IMG/VR virus record: IMGVR_UViG_3300001605_000008
Coordinates: 32,001 to 96,000 of that record
Source: a virus
Direction: 5' to 3' (one strand)
DNA length: 64,000 nt
The notes under the pieces were generated by a model. The model ran no database searches. It saw nothing but the letters and a program-made list of their open reading frames with translations, and had not been told where the DNA came from. Of the stretch, positions 30,517 through 40,154 are shown piece after piece; positions within the stretch are counted from its first letter, which is position 1; each line of letters opens with the position of its first letter. A program made the translations under genes and the position numbers.

Positions 30517-30861
30517 ATGCGTCCTTTATGCCAAGTCTGCTGTAAAAATCCCGCTGCTATCAATGGGTATCATCGGGAAAAAATTTACTATCGCAAGAGG
30601 TGCAATGCCTGTATCCGTAGAGATCGACAGTTGCCCAAACAAACTCCAAGATGGAAAAGCTCGGGATACAAGAAAAAATCCGCATGCGATCGATGCGGAT
30701 TCCATGCCAGACACACTGCCCAACTCTTGGTGTTTCATGTCAACGGTGACTTAAATGATTGCGAACTGCGCAATCTCAAAACTGTGTGTTTGAACTGTAT
30801 CGAAGAGATCAAGCGGCTTGATCTACCCTGGCGAGCCGGAGATCTGTCACCAGATCTGTGA
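30517..30861 (+). CDS. Zn-binding HNH-like protein (degenerate)
   Basis: CQVC, CNAC, CDRCGF...FHVNGD...NLKTVCLNC; TATAAATA at 30504-30511. Confidence 0.65.
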   Translation: MRPLCQVCCKNPAAINGYHREKIYYRKRCNACIRRDRQLPKQTPRWKSSGYKKKSACDRCGFHARHTAQLLVFHVNGDLNDCELRNLKTVCLNCIEEIKRLDLPWRAGDLSPDL

Positions 30862-31441
30862 CCTGTGAGTAGAGCTCGTCCAGGGAGCCATTGTTGTCGA
30901 TGATTGAATCAAACTCTGTACCAGCCCAGGACCACTCACTGGCGTGCGGTAGATCTGCGGGTAACAATCCTTGACCTCGGAAATAGTCACGCACTGGCGC
31001 GAACCACTGGGGATCTGCGCCGCGAACCACACGCACCACGTGTCCACCTTGTGAGCGTATGGCAGAAATCTCGTTGGGAAATCTGCAGTCAGAGATCACC
31101 ACATCATCCTGGGTGGTTCGTAGTTTGTTTTCCAGGCTAGCGATCCAGATATCGTCATGGAAACCCTGGCGGCACACTTCGGTGCCCCACTGCTGTAGTA
31201 TATAACGGGGAGTGATGTCACGGCCCAGGCGTTGGCTCCACCAAGCATCGGGCTGTTCTCGCCATTCCCGGCTGCTGCGGGTGCGTCCTTCCAGCATGTC
31301 TCGATCCCAGCCAAACACCGCAGCACAAGCATCTTTCAGCGTGGCAGCAAAACTATCGCGGCGAAACTCGTGAATGTTTACTAGATAATCCGCTATGGTA
31401 TCTTTGCCTGCCCCTATCAATCCGCACACACCAATGATCAT
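30809..31441 (-). CDS. Deoxynucleoside monophosphate kinase (T4 gp1-like)
   Basis: GLIGAGKDT P-loop, SFAATLKDA, TPRYILQQWGTE, ISDCRFPNE, HASE. Confidence 0.9.
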   Translation of the reverse strand: MIIGVCGLIGAGKDTIADYLVNIHEFRRDSFAATLKDACAAVFGWDRDMLEGRTRSSREWREQPDAWWSQRLGRDITPRYILQQWGTEVCRQGFHDDIWIASLENKLRTTQDDVVISDCRFPNEISAIRSQGGHVVRVVRGADPQWFAPVRDYFRGQGLLPADLPHASEWSWAGTEFDSIIDNNGSLDELYSQVTDLVTDLRLARVDQAA

Positions 31442-31965
31442 TTCAACTCCTTGATTTTTAAGTATTCCAAACTATCCCATAACAGCGTGATCTGCCTCCG
31501 GCAGTCTTCCAAGGCATGATGGCTGGCGGGATATTTGTTGAGTTCGGGAACAAGACTGTAAACAGTTCTCGCATCTCGCACAACATAGAATTGCCAGGGC
31601 AGAGCTCGCCCATAACTCTTGTAAGCATGTTCCAAGATGTTGGCATCGAACGTGGGACCATTTGCCCAGAAACGTTTGCTTTGCCATATCAGTCGCCCAA
31701 GATCTTCCAGTGCTAGTTTGAGATCTATGCGATTTTCTGTGCCAAATGCTTCTTCTTGCATGTCTTTGGGCTGAGTAGCCCACCAGTCTATGGTACTTTG
31801 CTGTATGCTGCGATCGGGTTGGCTGTCTGCATCTATGCGGGCATAGAAACTACGCCAGCCATCGAAGTCATGACGATTCAAAGGATCAAAGCATTGTGCG
31901 GCAATGGTCAGTATACAAGCATCTGGGCCTGTGCCCGCGGTTTCAATGTCTACCATGATATCCAT
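31438..31965 (-). CDS. DEDDh 3'-5' exonuclease (Rv2179c/DexA-like)
   Basis: MVDIET, WANGPTFD, RDART, HHALED. Confidence 0.85.
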   Translation of the reverse strand: MDIMVDIETAGTGPDACILTIAAQCFDPLNRHDFDGWRSFYARIDADSQPDRSIQQSTIDWWATQPKDMQEEAFGTENRIDLKLALEDLGRLIWQSKRFWANGPTFDANILEHAYKSYGRALPWQFYVVRDARTVYSLVPELNKYPASHHALEDCRRQITLLWDSLEYLKIKELK

Positions 31966-31971
31966 GATAGA

Positions 31972-32000
31972 ATTGTAACAGGAATTTTGGAAGATGTCTA
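31972..32000 (-). promoter_or_regulatory. Sigma70-type promoter for exonuclease-dNMP kinase
   Basis: TAGACA-17 nt-TACAAT with extended -10 TG. Confidence 0.7.
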
Positions 32001-32285
32001 GCGCATTTTACGCAGAGCGTTGAGGCGTGCAGCCAATTTAGCCTGGGGATTTACCTTTTTGGTTCTTTTAGTACGCCGTGCTTGACGTACTTTGGTATTG
32101 GCCCGGGTGCGTTTCATCTGCTCTCTTTTACCAACATCAGGGGCAGCAGCACAATCTTTGGGGTGTGCCACTGTACGGTTGGCTCTGGGACCAGAAGTAC
32201 AGCGCCATTTCAAGGAGACTTTTCCTGTGCGGGGATTCCTTTTAAAAACCATCCGAGTCTCGGTGACGAATTCGTATGCTCGCAT
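31998..32285 (-). CDS. Highly basic small protein, putative internal head protein (MRAYEFVTE)
   Basis: Arg/Lys-rich after the first Glu-terminated segment; start 2 nt after gp13 stop. Confidence 0.65.
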   Translation of the reverse strand: MRAYEFVTETRMVFKRNPRTGKVSLKWRCTSGPRANRTVAHPKDCAAAPDVGKREQMKRTRANTKVRQARRTKRTKKVNPQAKLAARLNALRKMR

Positions 32286-32286
32286 G

Positions 32287-33051
32287 TCAGCCAATCACAA
32301 AAGTCAAAGGTTGTGAACCGTCTACATAGAGCTTTAAATCTTCGATACATCGATCTATGGCTGCCTGGCCTTCGGCTTTCATGGCAGCACCATTCAGTAC
32401 TGATCCGCCCTGGGGACCGGCGATCGAAGCGAATTTTTCACGAGCTTCACCGATGATGATCTTGGCCGCACCGGTCATGCAATCCCGGAACCATTGAACG
32501 ATCTGATAGTCGGCCAGCAGAGTGATCTCGGGTTTGAGATTGTAGGTCCACAACAGCACCACTTCGCCAGATCCTCGTGGGTCGCGGATTAACTGCAAGC
32601 GCTTGGTCACAGGGTTCCAGGTATAGTTGATATACCCACCAAACATACGAGCTGCCAGTTCCACATACTGCTGATAAAAATCATAAGTGGCCAGGCCACC
32701 CGATGCTTGATTCCAGTTCAGCAAATACACGTTGAGCGTGGCCGCACCAAAAGGATCAAAACTGGAGCCACTGCCGCCAGTGCCTAGCCCAATGGTTCTC
32801 CGGAAGATCTGCCGAACGGTCTGCACTTCCTGGGGCAGATAGTATTCATTGACTCCATCCTGGAGTTGCATGAAGCTGTATGATTCTTCATAGGCATTCT
32901 GTGCCCGCTGGCGATATATGCCCAGGGTGCGCTGATATGCAGATTCATAATGCGCAGGATCCAGCTCGATGTCTATGATCTGATCTGCCAACTGCAGTTG
33001 CACATATTCGATGAGCTGTTTTTTAAGAGGGTCTAGCGTTTGATCTGCCAT
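32287..33051 (-). CDS. gp13: Neck protein gp13-like
   Basis: IDIELDP, YRQRAQNA, LGEAREKF-like IIGEAREKF, GGSVLNG motifs. Confidence 0.75.
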   Translation of the reverse strand: MADQTLDPLKKQLIEYVQLQLADQIIDIELDPAHYESAYQRTLGIYRQRAQNAYEESYSFMQLQDGVNEYYLPQEVQTVRQIFRRTIGLGTGGSGSSFDPFGAATLNVYLLNWNQASGGLATYDFYQQYVELAARMFGGYINYTWNPVTKRLQLIRDPRGSGEVVLLWTYNLKPEITLLADYQIVQWFRDCMTGAAKIIIGEAREKFASIAGPQGGSVLNGAAMKAEGQAAIDRCIEDLKLYVDGSQPLTFVIG

Positions 33052-33073
33052 AAGGGGCTCCTTGCCCCTATAT

Positions 33074-34210
33074 TTAGCGAACTTTCAACAGGATCAGGTT
33101 CTCACTGCCACGACCGTTGAATTTCACTTCTGTGGCCTTGATGTCTTTGAAGTACTTTCTATGCTGTGCCACGCCGCCCTGCAGCAACCCTTTGATCTGT
33201 TCCTGGGGCTTGCGGAGTGTTTTTTGTATAGAGTTAGCGGGATCAAACCCAATGATAGCTGACCCTTTTACAGTGAATGATCCTGCATGAGTATCCGCTA
33301 CAACATAGATGAGCTTTCTTTTCTTGGTATCATACAACCAGGCTTCCTGGGCATTTACCAGTTTGGTAACCGGTTCGCTTCGGAGTTTGAGTTCCTCAAA
33401 TTCTTTCATGTATTTGAATCGAGCCGTGAGTTTTTCTGGACTCACGGGTTTTTTCTTGCGTGGCGCACGCTCGGTTTTCTTGATCTGCACATAGCTGCCA
33501 CAGTCTGCAACCACTGTTTCGGCAAACTTGATGAGATTCCGGATCTGTAGTTTTCCAAAGTTGCTGTAGCCTTCTACCAGCTGAGCATCTTTGCCTTGAG
33601 CTGTTTCTTCCAGTTCGGCGATGCGTCGCTGCCAGTCTTGGGCGATTTCCCCCACCATCTGCGGTGCTACATTGATGCCACGAAGAACCAACATGGGTTT
33701 ATAGTCTGCTGACATTTTGGCGCCAGATCTTATCATGTCGTCATACATGGCTTCGATCTCACCGGCTGCTTCGATCATTTTGTCCCGCAACCGATCTTGG
33801 ATGTTGGGACGAACTACTACTTCTTCTGCGACCTTTGTGACTTCCTTGACGGCTCGCACTGATTCCACGTGCCGACGGATCGCTGTGTTCAGGGTTACTA
33901 TTTCAGAATCAAGAAGCGCCAGACCCATCACATTCATGCGACACAACCATCCATATACATTGGTGATGCTGGATTCTGGCACGCGAGCAAACTCCTTGGC
34001 TTCTTTGGTGCGATCGTTTCGGGCAAGCCAATCCGTGATGAATTCTTTGACTTCTTTTTTACCGTAGTGATAACCATACCAGTAAAAGGCCTGCCCCAAT
34101 CTGCTGATGCGATTATCTGCTGTGGGCTGTGTGTGCCACTCCGGCTCAGACCCAGTGTACTTGACATCTGGACTGCGGGGATTCATGGGTTTGATTTTTG
34201 CGGCGATCAT
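33074..34210 (-). CDS. Conserved-looking phage hypothetical protein
   Basis: 378-aa clean ORF in an early-type (sigma70) unit; C-terminal SIQKTLRKP motif. Confidence 0.75.
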   Translation of the reverse strand: MIAAKIKPMNPRSPDVKYTGSEPEWHTQPTADNRISRLGQAFYWYGYHYGKKEVKEFITDWLARNDRTKEAKEFARVPESSITNVYGWLCRMNVMGLALLDSEIVTLNTAIRRHVESVRAVKEVTKVAEEVVVRPNIQDRLRDKMIEAAGEIEAMYDDMIRSGAKMSADYKPMLVLRGINVAPQMVGEIAQDWQRRIAELEETAQGKDAQLVEGYSNFGKLQIRNLIKFAETVVADCGSYVQIKKTERAPRKKKPVSPEKLTARFKYMKEFEELKLRSEPVTKLVNAQEAWLYDTKKRKLIYVVADTHAGSFTVKGSAIIGFDPANSIQKTLRKPQEQIKGLLQGGVAQHRKYFKDIKATEVKFNGRGSENLILLKVR

Positions 34211-34219
34211 GCGTTCTCC

Positions 34220-34477
34220 TTAGATCATTAACTGGGCCATCATTACATAGCGTTCTAGATTATGTACGGATTCTTCTGCTCGGGCAAGTGCTTCTTGATA
34301 AGCCGGAGTGGTTTTGTGTAACCTCCTGCATTCCACTTCTGCTGTGCTGACTTCGGACAACCAGCGTTCGGTGGCCCGGGACATTTTTACGCAGTCCTTG
34401 TGCATCTGGCTGGGCGGCAGATTTCGGATCGTGACACAGCACGTTCTATGACGTTTGAGCAGTGTATCCAGGTCCAT
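34220..34477 (-). CDS. Small helical hypothetical protein
   Basis: 85-aa ORF just downstream of a consensus sigma70 promoter. Confidence 0.65.
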   Translation of the reverse strand: MDLDTLLKRHRTCCVTIRNLPPSQMHKDCVKMSRATERWLSEVSTAEVECRRLHKTTPAYQEALARAEESVHNLERYVMMAQLMI

Positions 34478-34483
34478 TTTGTA

Positions 34484-34512
34484 ATTATAGCAGAATGCTA
34501 TTTTTGGGTCAA
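34484..34512 (-). promoter_or_regulatory. Sigma70-type early promoter
   Basis: TTGACC-17 nt-TATAAT with extended -10 TG; back-to-back with plus-strand TAAATA at 34521-34526. Confidence 0.8.
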
Positions 34513-34533
34513 CCTGTACATAAATACTTGACT

Positions 34534-36078
34534 ATGCCCAGATTAAGCCTTTGGAGACCCCAAAAATCCAACGATTATCGTTTTTTTGATCGTACCATAT
34601 CCGAAATGTACACCGTCGGCGGATTGGATCTCTACATACACAAGTACTTAGGGCCCAAGGTCCTAGGCGACGAGGGCAACAACGATGCCACACAGCCCAA
34701 ATACGATACCACAGACCCGTTGTTTATACAGGACTTGTTCTTGCTGGAAAATCGAGATCGGGCATATGATCCCGATATCTATCGCATGCGTGGTGTATAC
34801 AACGTGCAAGACATAGACTTTGATCTCACGCAATTTGGCTTGTTCCTGCAGAACGACACGCTATTCATCACCTTCCACTACAACGACATGATCGACACTA
34901 TCGGTCGCAAACTGATGTCAGGTGATGTTCTGGAAGTACCCAATCTCCGGGACATGAATCCTCTCAATCCCGCCATACCCAAGGGCCTGCCCAAATACTA
35001 TGTGATACAAGACGCATCATTTCCTGCAGAAGGATTCAGCCAGACTTGGTTACCACATCTGTGGCGTGTGAAAGCCACACCCATGGTCAACTCCCAAGAG
35101 TATCAGGACATACTCAATAAACCATTTGTTACTGAAAACATCTGGGATCCTGGGCAGCTCTGGCCCTCGGGCACCATCGTCAACGATGGCGACAATTACT
35201 ACGAGGCCATCGGTAATGTTCCGCCAGGTACTCCCATCACCGACACTGATTCGTGGCGGCCGCTGTTGATCAACACGCCTTGGGAATTCAACACCGGTTA
35301 CCCCGAAGGTACCGTGGTGATATTCGAAGGCCAATATTATCAGGCTCTGCAGGATGTTCCTCCTGGCACGCCCTTGGAAGAAGGAGACTACTGGCAGATC
35401 ATCGCCGCACCGGACGGTGTTGAAACCATTGGCGAGACCGCTTCTACTCGTGCCAAAGACCTGCAGATCAATGATGCTATCCTGGCCCAGGCCGAAGCCG
35501 AAGTGCCACTGAGTGGTTATGACACTGTGAAGTTTTATATCTTCCCCACCAACCCCGATGGCACACCTGCCGATCCACAAGGCATCACCGCAGACAACAG
35601 CAACATCACCATAGATGAAACGGGTGTGAATTCTGCTGACGCACCACAATCACCTAGATCCAATGGTTACACCATGGGCTATCTCACCGGTGATGGCATC
35701 GCTCCCAATGGCTTGCCTGTGACTCCGGGCGTGACATTCCCTGTGAATCCCCAGGAAGGTGAGTATGCATTGCGATTAGATTATTTCCCTAATCGACTGT
35801 TCCGTTTCAATGGTCGCACTTGGATCAGGATTGAAGATTCAGTGCGTACTGACCTCACCAACGGTCCTGCCAATAACACGCTGCGATCCAGTTTTGTCAA
35901 CAACACCTATACCGTGGCAACCACGGATCAGGGTGACATCCCCAGCCGCCAGAGTCTCAGCGAGCTACTGAAACCCCGCGCCGACAACGGCAATGATGGT
36001 GGTGACAAACCCGCCAATCGCAGGCCTCCCACACAGCCCGGGCAGCCCAACGTAAAATATCCACCTTTTGATGAGTGA
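34534..36078 (+). CDS. gp14: Neck/head-closure protein gp14-like with two inserted CBM5/12-like modules
   Basis: MPRLSLWR, IQDLFLLENRDR, FGLFL, GRKLMSGDVLEVP, HLWRVK; W..G..Y..G..V.....YY.A....W repeats. Confidence 0.7.
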   Translation: MPRLSLWRPQKSNDYRFFDRTISEMYTVGGLDLYIHKYLGPKVLGDEGNNDATQPKYDTTDPLFIQDLFLLENRDRAYDPDIYRMRGVYNVQDIDFDLTQFGLFLQNDTLFITFHYNDMIDTIGRKLMSGDVLEVPNLRDMNPLNPAIPKGLPKYYVIQDASFPAEGFSQTWLPHLWRVKATPMVNSQEYQDILNKPFVTENIWDPGQLWPSGTIVNDGDNYYEAIGNVPPGTPITDTDSWRPLLINTPWEFNTGYPEGTVVIFEGQYYQALQDVPPGTPLEEGDYWQIIAAPDGVETIGETASTRAKDLQINDAILAQAEAEVPLSGYDTVKFYIFPTNPDGTPADPQGITADNSNITIDETGVNSADAPQSPRSNGYTMGYLTGDGIAPNGLPVTPGVTFPVNPQEGEYALRLDYFPNRLFRFNGRTWIRIEDSVRTDLTNGPANNTLRSSFVNNTYTVATTDQGDIPSRQSLSELLKPRADNGNDGGDKPANRRPPTQPGQPNVKYPPFDE

Positions 36079-36081
36079 CCC

Positions 36082-37467
36082 ATGGCACAGCAATTCTTTT
36101 TCGACGAACAGATAAGACGATTCCTGCTGCAGTTTGCCAGGATATTTTCCAACTTCCAGGTCACTTACGGTCGCGACGAAAGCAACAACGTGGCTCTGTT
36201 ACGTGTGCCGGTACGATACGGAGATGCCAGCCGACAAGCACAGACCATACTGCAAGAAAATTCTGCTTCCAGCATGCCGTCTACACCGCTGATGACTTTT
36301 TATATCACTGGCATGGAGTACGATCGTCCGCGCATACAAGAACCCTATCATGTAAACAAGATGCAGGTGCGGCAGCGCACCTGGGATGCAGATTCTGAAA
36401 GTTATGAAACCACGCAAGGCAATGCGTTTACGATTGAACGACTGATGCCAGTGCCGTACAAGATGACCGTGAATCTAGATATCTGGACTTCCAACGAAAA
36501 CCAGAAACAACAGATCTTTGAGCAGATCTCGCCGCTGTTCAATCCTGCCCTGGAAATACAAAGCACAGACAACTATCTCGACTGGACCAGTCTCTCAGTG
36601 GTGGAGCTAGAAAGAACCAACTGGACCAGCCGTACCATACCCGTGGGCACTGAAAACCCCATAGACATCCTTACTATGACGTTTAACATACCCATATGGA
36701 TATCATCACCGGCCAAGGTCAAGAAACTGGGTGTGGTAGAAAAGATCATCGCTTCTGTGTATGACAGCCAGGGCGATGCCATCGATGCCATACGCAACAG
36801 CGATCTCTTGCTGGGTACCCGACAGAAATTCACGCCCTACAATTATCAGACTCTGCTGATTGGAAACAAAGTACAGGCCCTGAAATACAGTGCGGTGATC
36901 AACACTGCTAATTCCTCTGTGATCAGTCCGGAATCACCGCCCAGCAACGAAATGTGGCAGGCTGTAGTGGGCATGTATGGTGTGCTAAGGCCTGGCATCA
37001 GCCAGATCCGATTTGATAACTCTTGGCAAGATGAAGGTCCACAGATCATCGGTACAGTGAGCTATGATCCCACTGATGATAGATTTTTGCTGATAGACAT
37101 AGATCAAGATACCATCCCACAAAACACCCTGGCTCCCATCACTGCCATCGTCGATCCGCTGGTGAGTGGACCAGGTGCAGGATTACCTGTCCCTGCCGCA
37201 GGAACACGATATCTGATATTAAACAACATTGGATCGTTTGAAAACACCGACCCGGCCGAAGCCTGGGGGCCGTTAGTGGCCGCAGCCAACGACATCATTG
37301 AATTTGATGGCACCAATTGGCTGGTGAGCTTTAGATCTGCTGATTCTCCCAACACACAATTTGTCACCAACATCACCACGAGCCTACAATATCGTTGGAC
37401 CGGCGCGGAGTGGGTCAAGAGCTATGAAGGGTTATACCCTGCCGGAGAATGGAGCTTGGTTTTATGA
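36082..37467 (+). CDS. gp15: Tail terminator / sheath stabiliser gp15-like with C-terminal extension
   Basis: FFFDEQIRRFLLQFARIF, VPVRYG, MPVPYK, QIFEQISPLFNP, PIWIS. Confidence 0.8.
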   Translation: MAQQFFFDEQIRRFLLQFARIFSNFQVTYGRDESNNVALLRVPVRYGDASRQAQTILQENSASSMPSTPLMTFYITGMEYDRPRIQEPYHVNKMQVRQRTWDADSESYETTQGNAFTIERLMPVPYKMTVNLDIWTSNENQKQQIFEQISPLFNPALEIQSTDNYLDWTSLSVVELERTNWTSRTIPVGTENPIDILTMTFNIPIWISSPAKVKKLGVVEKIIASVYDSQGDAIDAIRNSDLLLGTRQKFTPYNYQTLLIGNKVQALKYSAVINTANSSVISPESPPSNEMWQAVVGMYGVLRPGISQIRFDNSWQDEGPQIIGTVSYDPTDDRFLLIDIDQDTIPQNTLAPITAIVDPLVSGPGAGLPVPAAGTRYLILNNIGSFENTDPAEAWGPLVAAANDIIEFDGTNWLVSFRSADSPNTQFVTNITTSLQYRWTGAEWVKSYEGLYPAGEWSLVL

Positions 37468-37883
37468 TAGCAGCAGGAGTTTGGTTTTACAGCCTGTCCA
37501 CAGATCGCTATCTCTATCTCATGCGTGATGATGTTAAGCATCCTGCATCATGGGGCTTGCCCGGTGGCAAGGTCGAGCCTGGCGAAAGCCTCTTAGATGC
37601 CATACGCAGAGAGTGTGAAGAAGAAATTGGATTTTTCCCCCAGCATCTGCGCATGGTGCCCTTGGAAAAATTCACCAGTGCTGATGGTGGATTCAGTTAT
37701 CATACATTTTTCTGTTGTGTGGATCAGGAATTCGTGCCCACGCTCAACGAAGAACATCTGGGCTATGCCTGGATCAACAGCCTGACTTGGCCACGGCCCA
37801 TGCATCCGGGTCTATGGAACATCATCAACATCGAAGAGATCCGTGGCAAGATCGACACGATCAAAAATCAAATGTCACAGTAA
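37464..37883 (+). CDS. Nudix hydrolase
   Basis: Canonical Nudix box GGKVEPGESLLDAIRRECEEEIG; ATGA overlap with gp15. Confidence 0.92.
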   Translation: MIAAGVWFYSLSTDRYLYLMRDDVKHPASWGLPGGKVEPGESLLDAIRRECEEEIGFFPQHLRMVPLEKFTSADGGFSYHTFFCCVDQEFVPTLNEEHLGYAWINSLTWPRPMHPGLWNIINIEEIRGKIDTIKNQMSQ

Positions 37884-38530
37884 GTGACGAATCTACGATA
37901 GTCCATCATTTTGACATTGGCATTGTCTAACCAGACGCCTGGAGTGTTTTGTCTCGTGACCAAAAAGAATTTTGTAGTGGCATAGGTCTGGAAAACATCG
38001 TTGACATCGGTGATCCATCCGGGATCACCCACATCAATATCGGCATTATAACCCAGCATGAACACTTCCTCGTGCTGATCAAATGCGGCTAGATATATCG
38101 GCAGCGCGATCTGATGCACATTGGGAAGATATGGTACCGGATAAAATCTGCCGGGATATTGCAAACAGTGGCGTGCGTTGGTGTAGACCGTGGTATCGTG
38201 GTCATACTCCGAATCTGCTAATTTTTGTATCAAATCAGGTTGTGTTGCTACAAAAAAATCAAATCGCATGTCCTGCCACATGGAACCAGTGCCATAGGTC
38301 TGCAATCGTTTTTGGGCCAAGAGACCGCCACGATGGCGAGCCAGGCGCTGATGTTTGAAATATTTGCTGTCACGATCAGTGGCGATGGCAGCTGCACGCC
38401 GGGATGTATGATGATTTTCTATCACATTGGGTATCCATTCGCGACGCTGTATCGTGGTATTGTTGGCGACGATGGTATCTGCTATCACAAATTCGCCGTC
38501 ATAGTCCCGGCGATAACGTGCGTGGATCAT
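37868..38530 (-). CDS. Degenerate CstII/Maf-like (GT42/DUF115-type) protein
   Basis: AAAI, TYGTG, FFVAT, YLAAFDQHEEVFMLGYN align with the motifs of 53244-53825. Confidence 0.45.
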   Translation of the reverse strand: MIHARYRRDYDGEFVIADTIVANNTTIQRREWIPNVIENHHTSRRAAAIATDRDSKYFKHQRLARHRGGLLAQKRLQTYGTGSMWQDMRFDFFVATQPDLIQKLADSEYDHDTTVYTNARHCLQYPGRFYPVPYLPNVHQIALPIYLAAFDQHEEVFMLGYNADIDVGDPGWITDVNDVFQTYATTKFFLVTRQNTPGVWLDNANVKMMDYRRFVTYCDI

Positions 38531-38934
38531 GATCCCACCGGCTGCCAGACCAACTCAGATTCATTCCAGGAATATCGATTACCGTCCGTGGGATACGGAA
38601 CAGGTGGTTCAAACTCGCAGGTTTCTTCGTTAAAGGTCCAGGAAAGGAAATCCGTCCAATTGCGTTTTATCGCATCTTGTTTGGCGGTTTTTTCTTCTTG
38701 GGTCATGGATCTCATGATCCAATAGTCTTCTACTTGGTCATCATTCCACCGATATTCACACCCCACTACTACTTCATACACTCCCGGAGTGGGTGCTGGA
38801 ACTCTGAGGAATCTAGCAAATTCTGGAGGAGGATCGTCAAAGTCAAGGTCGGGCCAGACCTGTTCAAAATTTGATCTGGTGATAGGATGCTGGAAAGGTT
38901 CGCCGTTGACGATCCGGATCACTAGTTCTATCAT
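38527..38934 (-). CDS. Tail-fibre assembly/chaperone-like protein
   Basis: FEPPVPYPTDGNRYSWNE motif; lies directly after Gly-rich fibre. Confidence 0.5.
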   Translation of the reverse strand: MIELVIRIVNGEPFQHPITRSNFEQVWPDLDFDDPPPEFARFLRVPAPTPGVYEVVVGCEYRWNDDQVEDYWIMRSMTQEEKTAKQDAIKRNWTDFLSWTFNEETCEFEPPVPYPTDGNRYSWNESELVWQPVGS

Positions 38935-40154
38935 AGATCACCTGTGTTGGTTGATGGGAATGCCCGGCCAGGCCCCCAGATGATCCGGACTCCACCAGCA
39001 GCACCAATGGATTGCTCGCCGTTGGTGGTATCTGCGCCGGCTCCACCACCGCCACGAGCACCCGGAGTAGAGGGACTACCAGTACCATATACGTTTTGAG
39101 CCGTGGTAGAGGTTGACGCGAAAGTAGCATTGCCTCCACTGGAGCCGCCAAATCCACCACGGCCGTCTGCAGTGGTTGAAGCACCTTTGGCACCCGAGGT
39201 GCCTTCGCCCAGGAGTCCTACGCCGCCGCCCGATCCGGCAGTATCACCGTCGCCGCAACCACCACCACCTCCACCACCGCCACCAGATCCTGCACTGCCG
39301 GTAGCATTGTTTGTTCCGTTGCTGCCAGCACCACCTGCGCCGGAATAGCCGCCTGCTCCGCCGCCGCCACCTGCTTGGGCGGTAGATGAGTTACGACCTC
39401 CCCCTGCTCCACCGCTGCCGCCGCCATCGCCTGCAGTACCGCCACCGGCTCCACCGGTGTTGCTGGCTGTGACACCACCGCCACCACCAAATCCTGCCAC
39501 GGTAGCGGTGCTGATAAAATAGCTGTTGCCCCCGGCACCGGCTGTGCCCGAAGTTGTTCTCGTGCCACCCGCACCAACCACCACGGTATAGCCGGTGGTT
39601 GGAGTTACTGCAATGTTGTTTTTCCATCCTAGACCGCCGCCACCGCCACCCGATGCACCGCTGGTATTGGCTGCAGGACCACCACCGCCGCCCACACACA
39701 CCACGCACACCGAAGTCACACCTGCTGGTGCTGTCCAAGTAAAGGTACCAGGTGTTAGATACTGTTCTTGTCCCACGGGGGTAACACTGGTATCCAGTAC
39801 CGTGACCGTGGCTGCCGTGGCTACTATAGTACCACCGGTGCTGCCAGTACGCAGTTCTAGTATGATAGTTTCAGAACCTTCAGTAATGAGATCGTTGACC
39901 AAAGTACGTGTGATGGTACCTGCACCGCTGGTAAGAGTAAAAGATCCCGAATTAGCATTATCAGTAAAATCTGCAGCCACTGTGGTGCCTGAATTGGTCC
40001 AGTAATAGGTACCATCGGGCACATTGATGGTGGAAACTGTGTAGGTCACAGTTTCACCTTCGGTCATTTCGGTGATATTTGGAGATATTGAGTATTGGGG
40101 GTCCAAGTTATCTATTACAGTAACCCCTGAGATGCCAACACCTGAGATGTTCAT
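38931..40154 (-). CDS. Glycine-rich fibre protein with Ig/Calx-beta-like N-terminal domain
   Basis: EGETVTYTV...DLITEGSETIILEL domain, then PAGVTSVCVVCVGGGG and poly-Gly tract. Confidence 0.75.
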   Translation of the reverse strand: MNISGVGISGVTVIDNLDPQYSISPNITEMTEGETVTYTVSTINVPDGTYYWTNSGTTVAADFTDNANSGSFTLTSGAGTITRTLVNDLITEGSETIILELRTGSTGGTIVATAATVTVLDTSVTPVGQEQYLTPGTFTWTAPAGVTSVCVVCVGGGGGPAANTSGASGGGGGGLGWKNNIAVTPTTGYTVVVGAGGTRTTSGTAGAGGNSYFISTATVAGFGGGGGVTASNTGGAGGGTAGDGGGSGGAGGGRNSSTAQAGGGGGAGGYSGAGGAGSNGTNNATGSAGSGGGGGGGGGCGDGDTAGSGGGVGLLGEGTSGAKGASTTADGRGGFGGSSGGNATFASTSTTAQNVYGTGSPSTPGARGGGGAGADTTNGEQSIGAAGGVRIIWGPGRAFPSTNTGDL

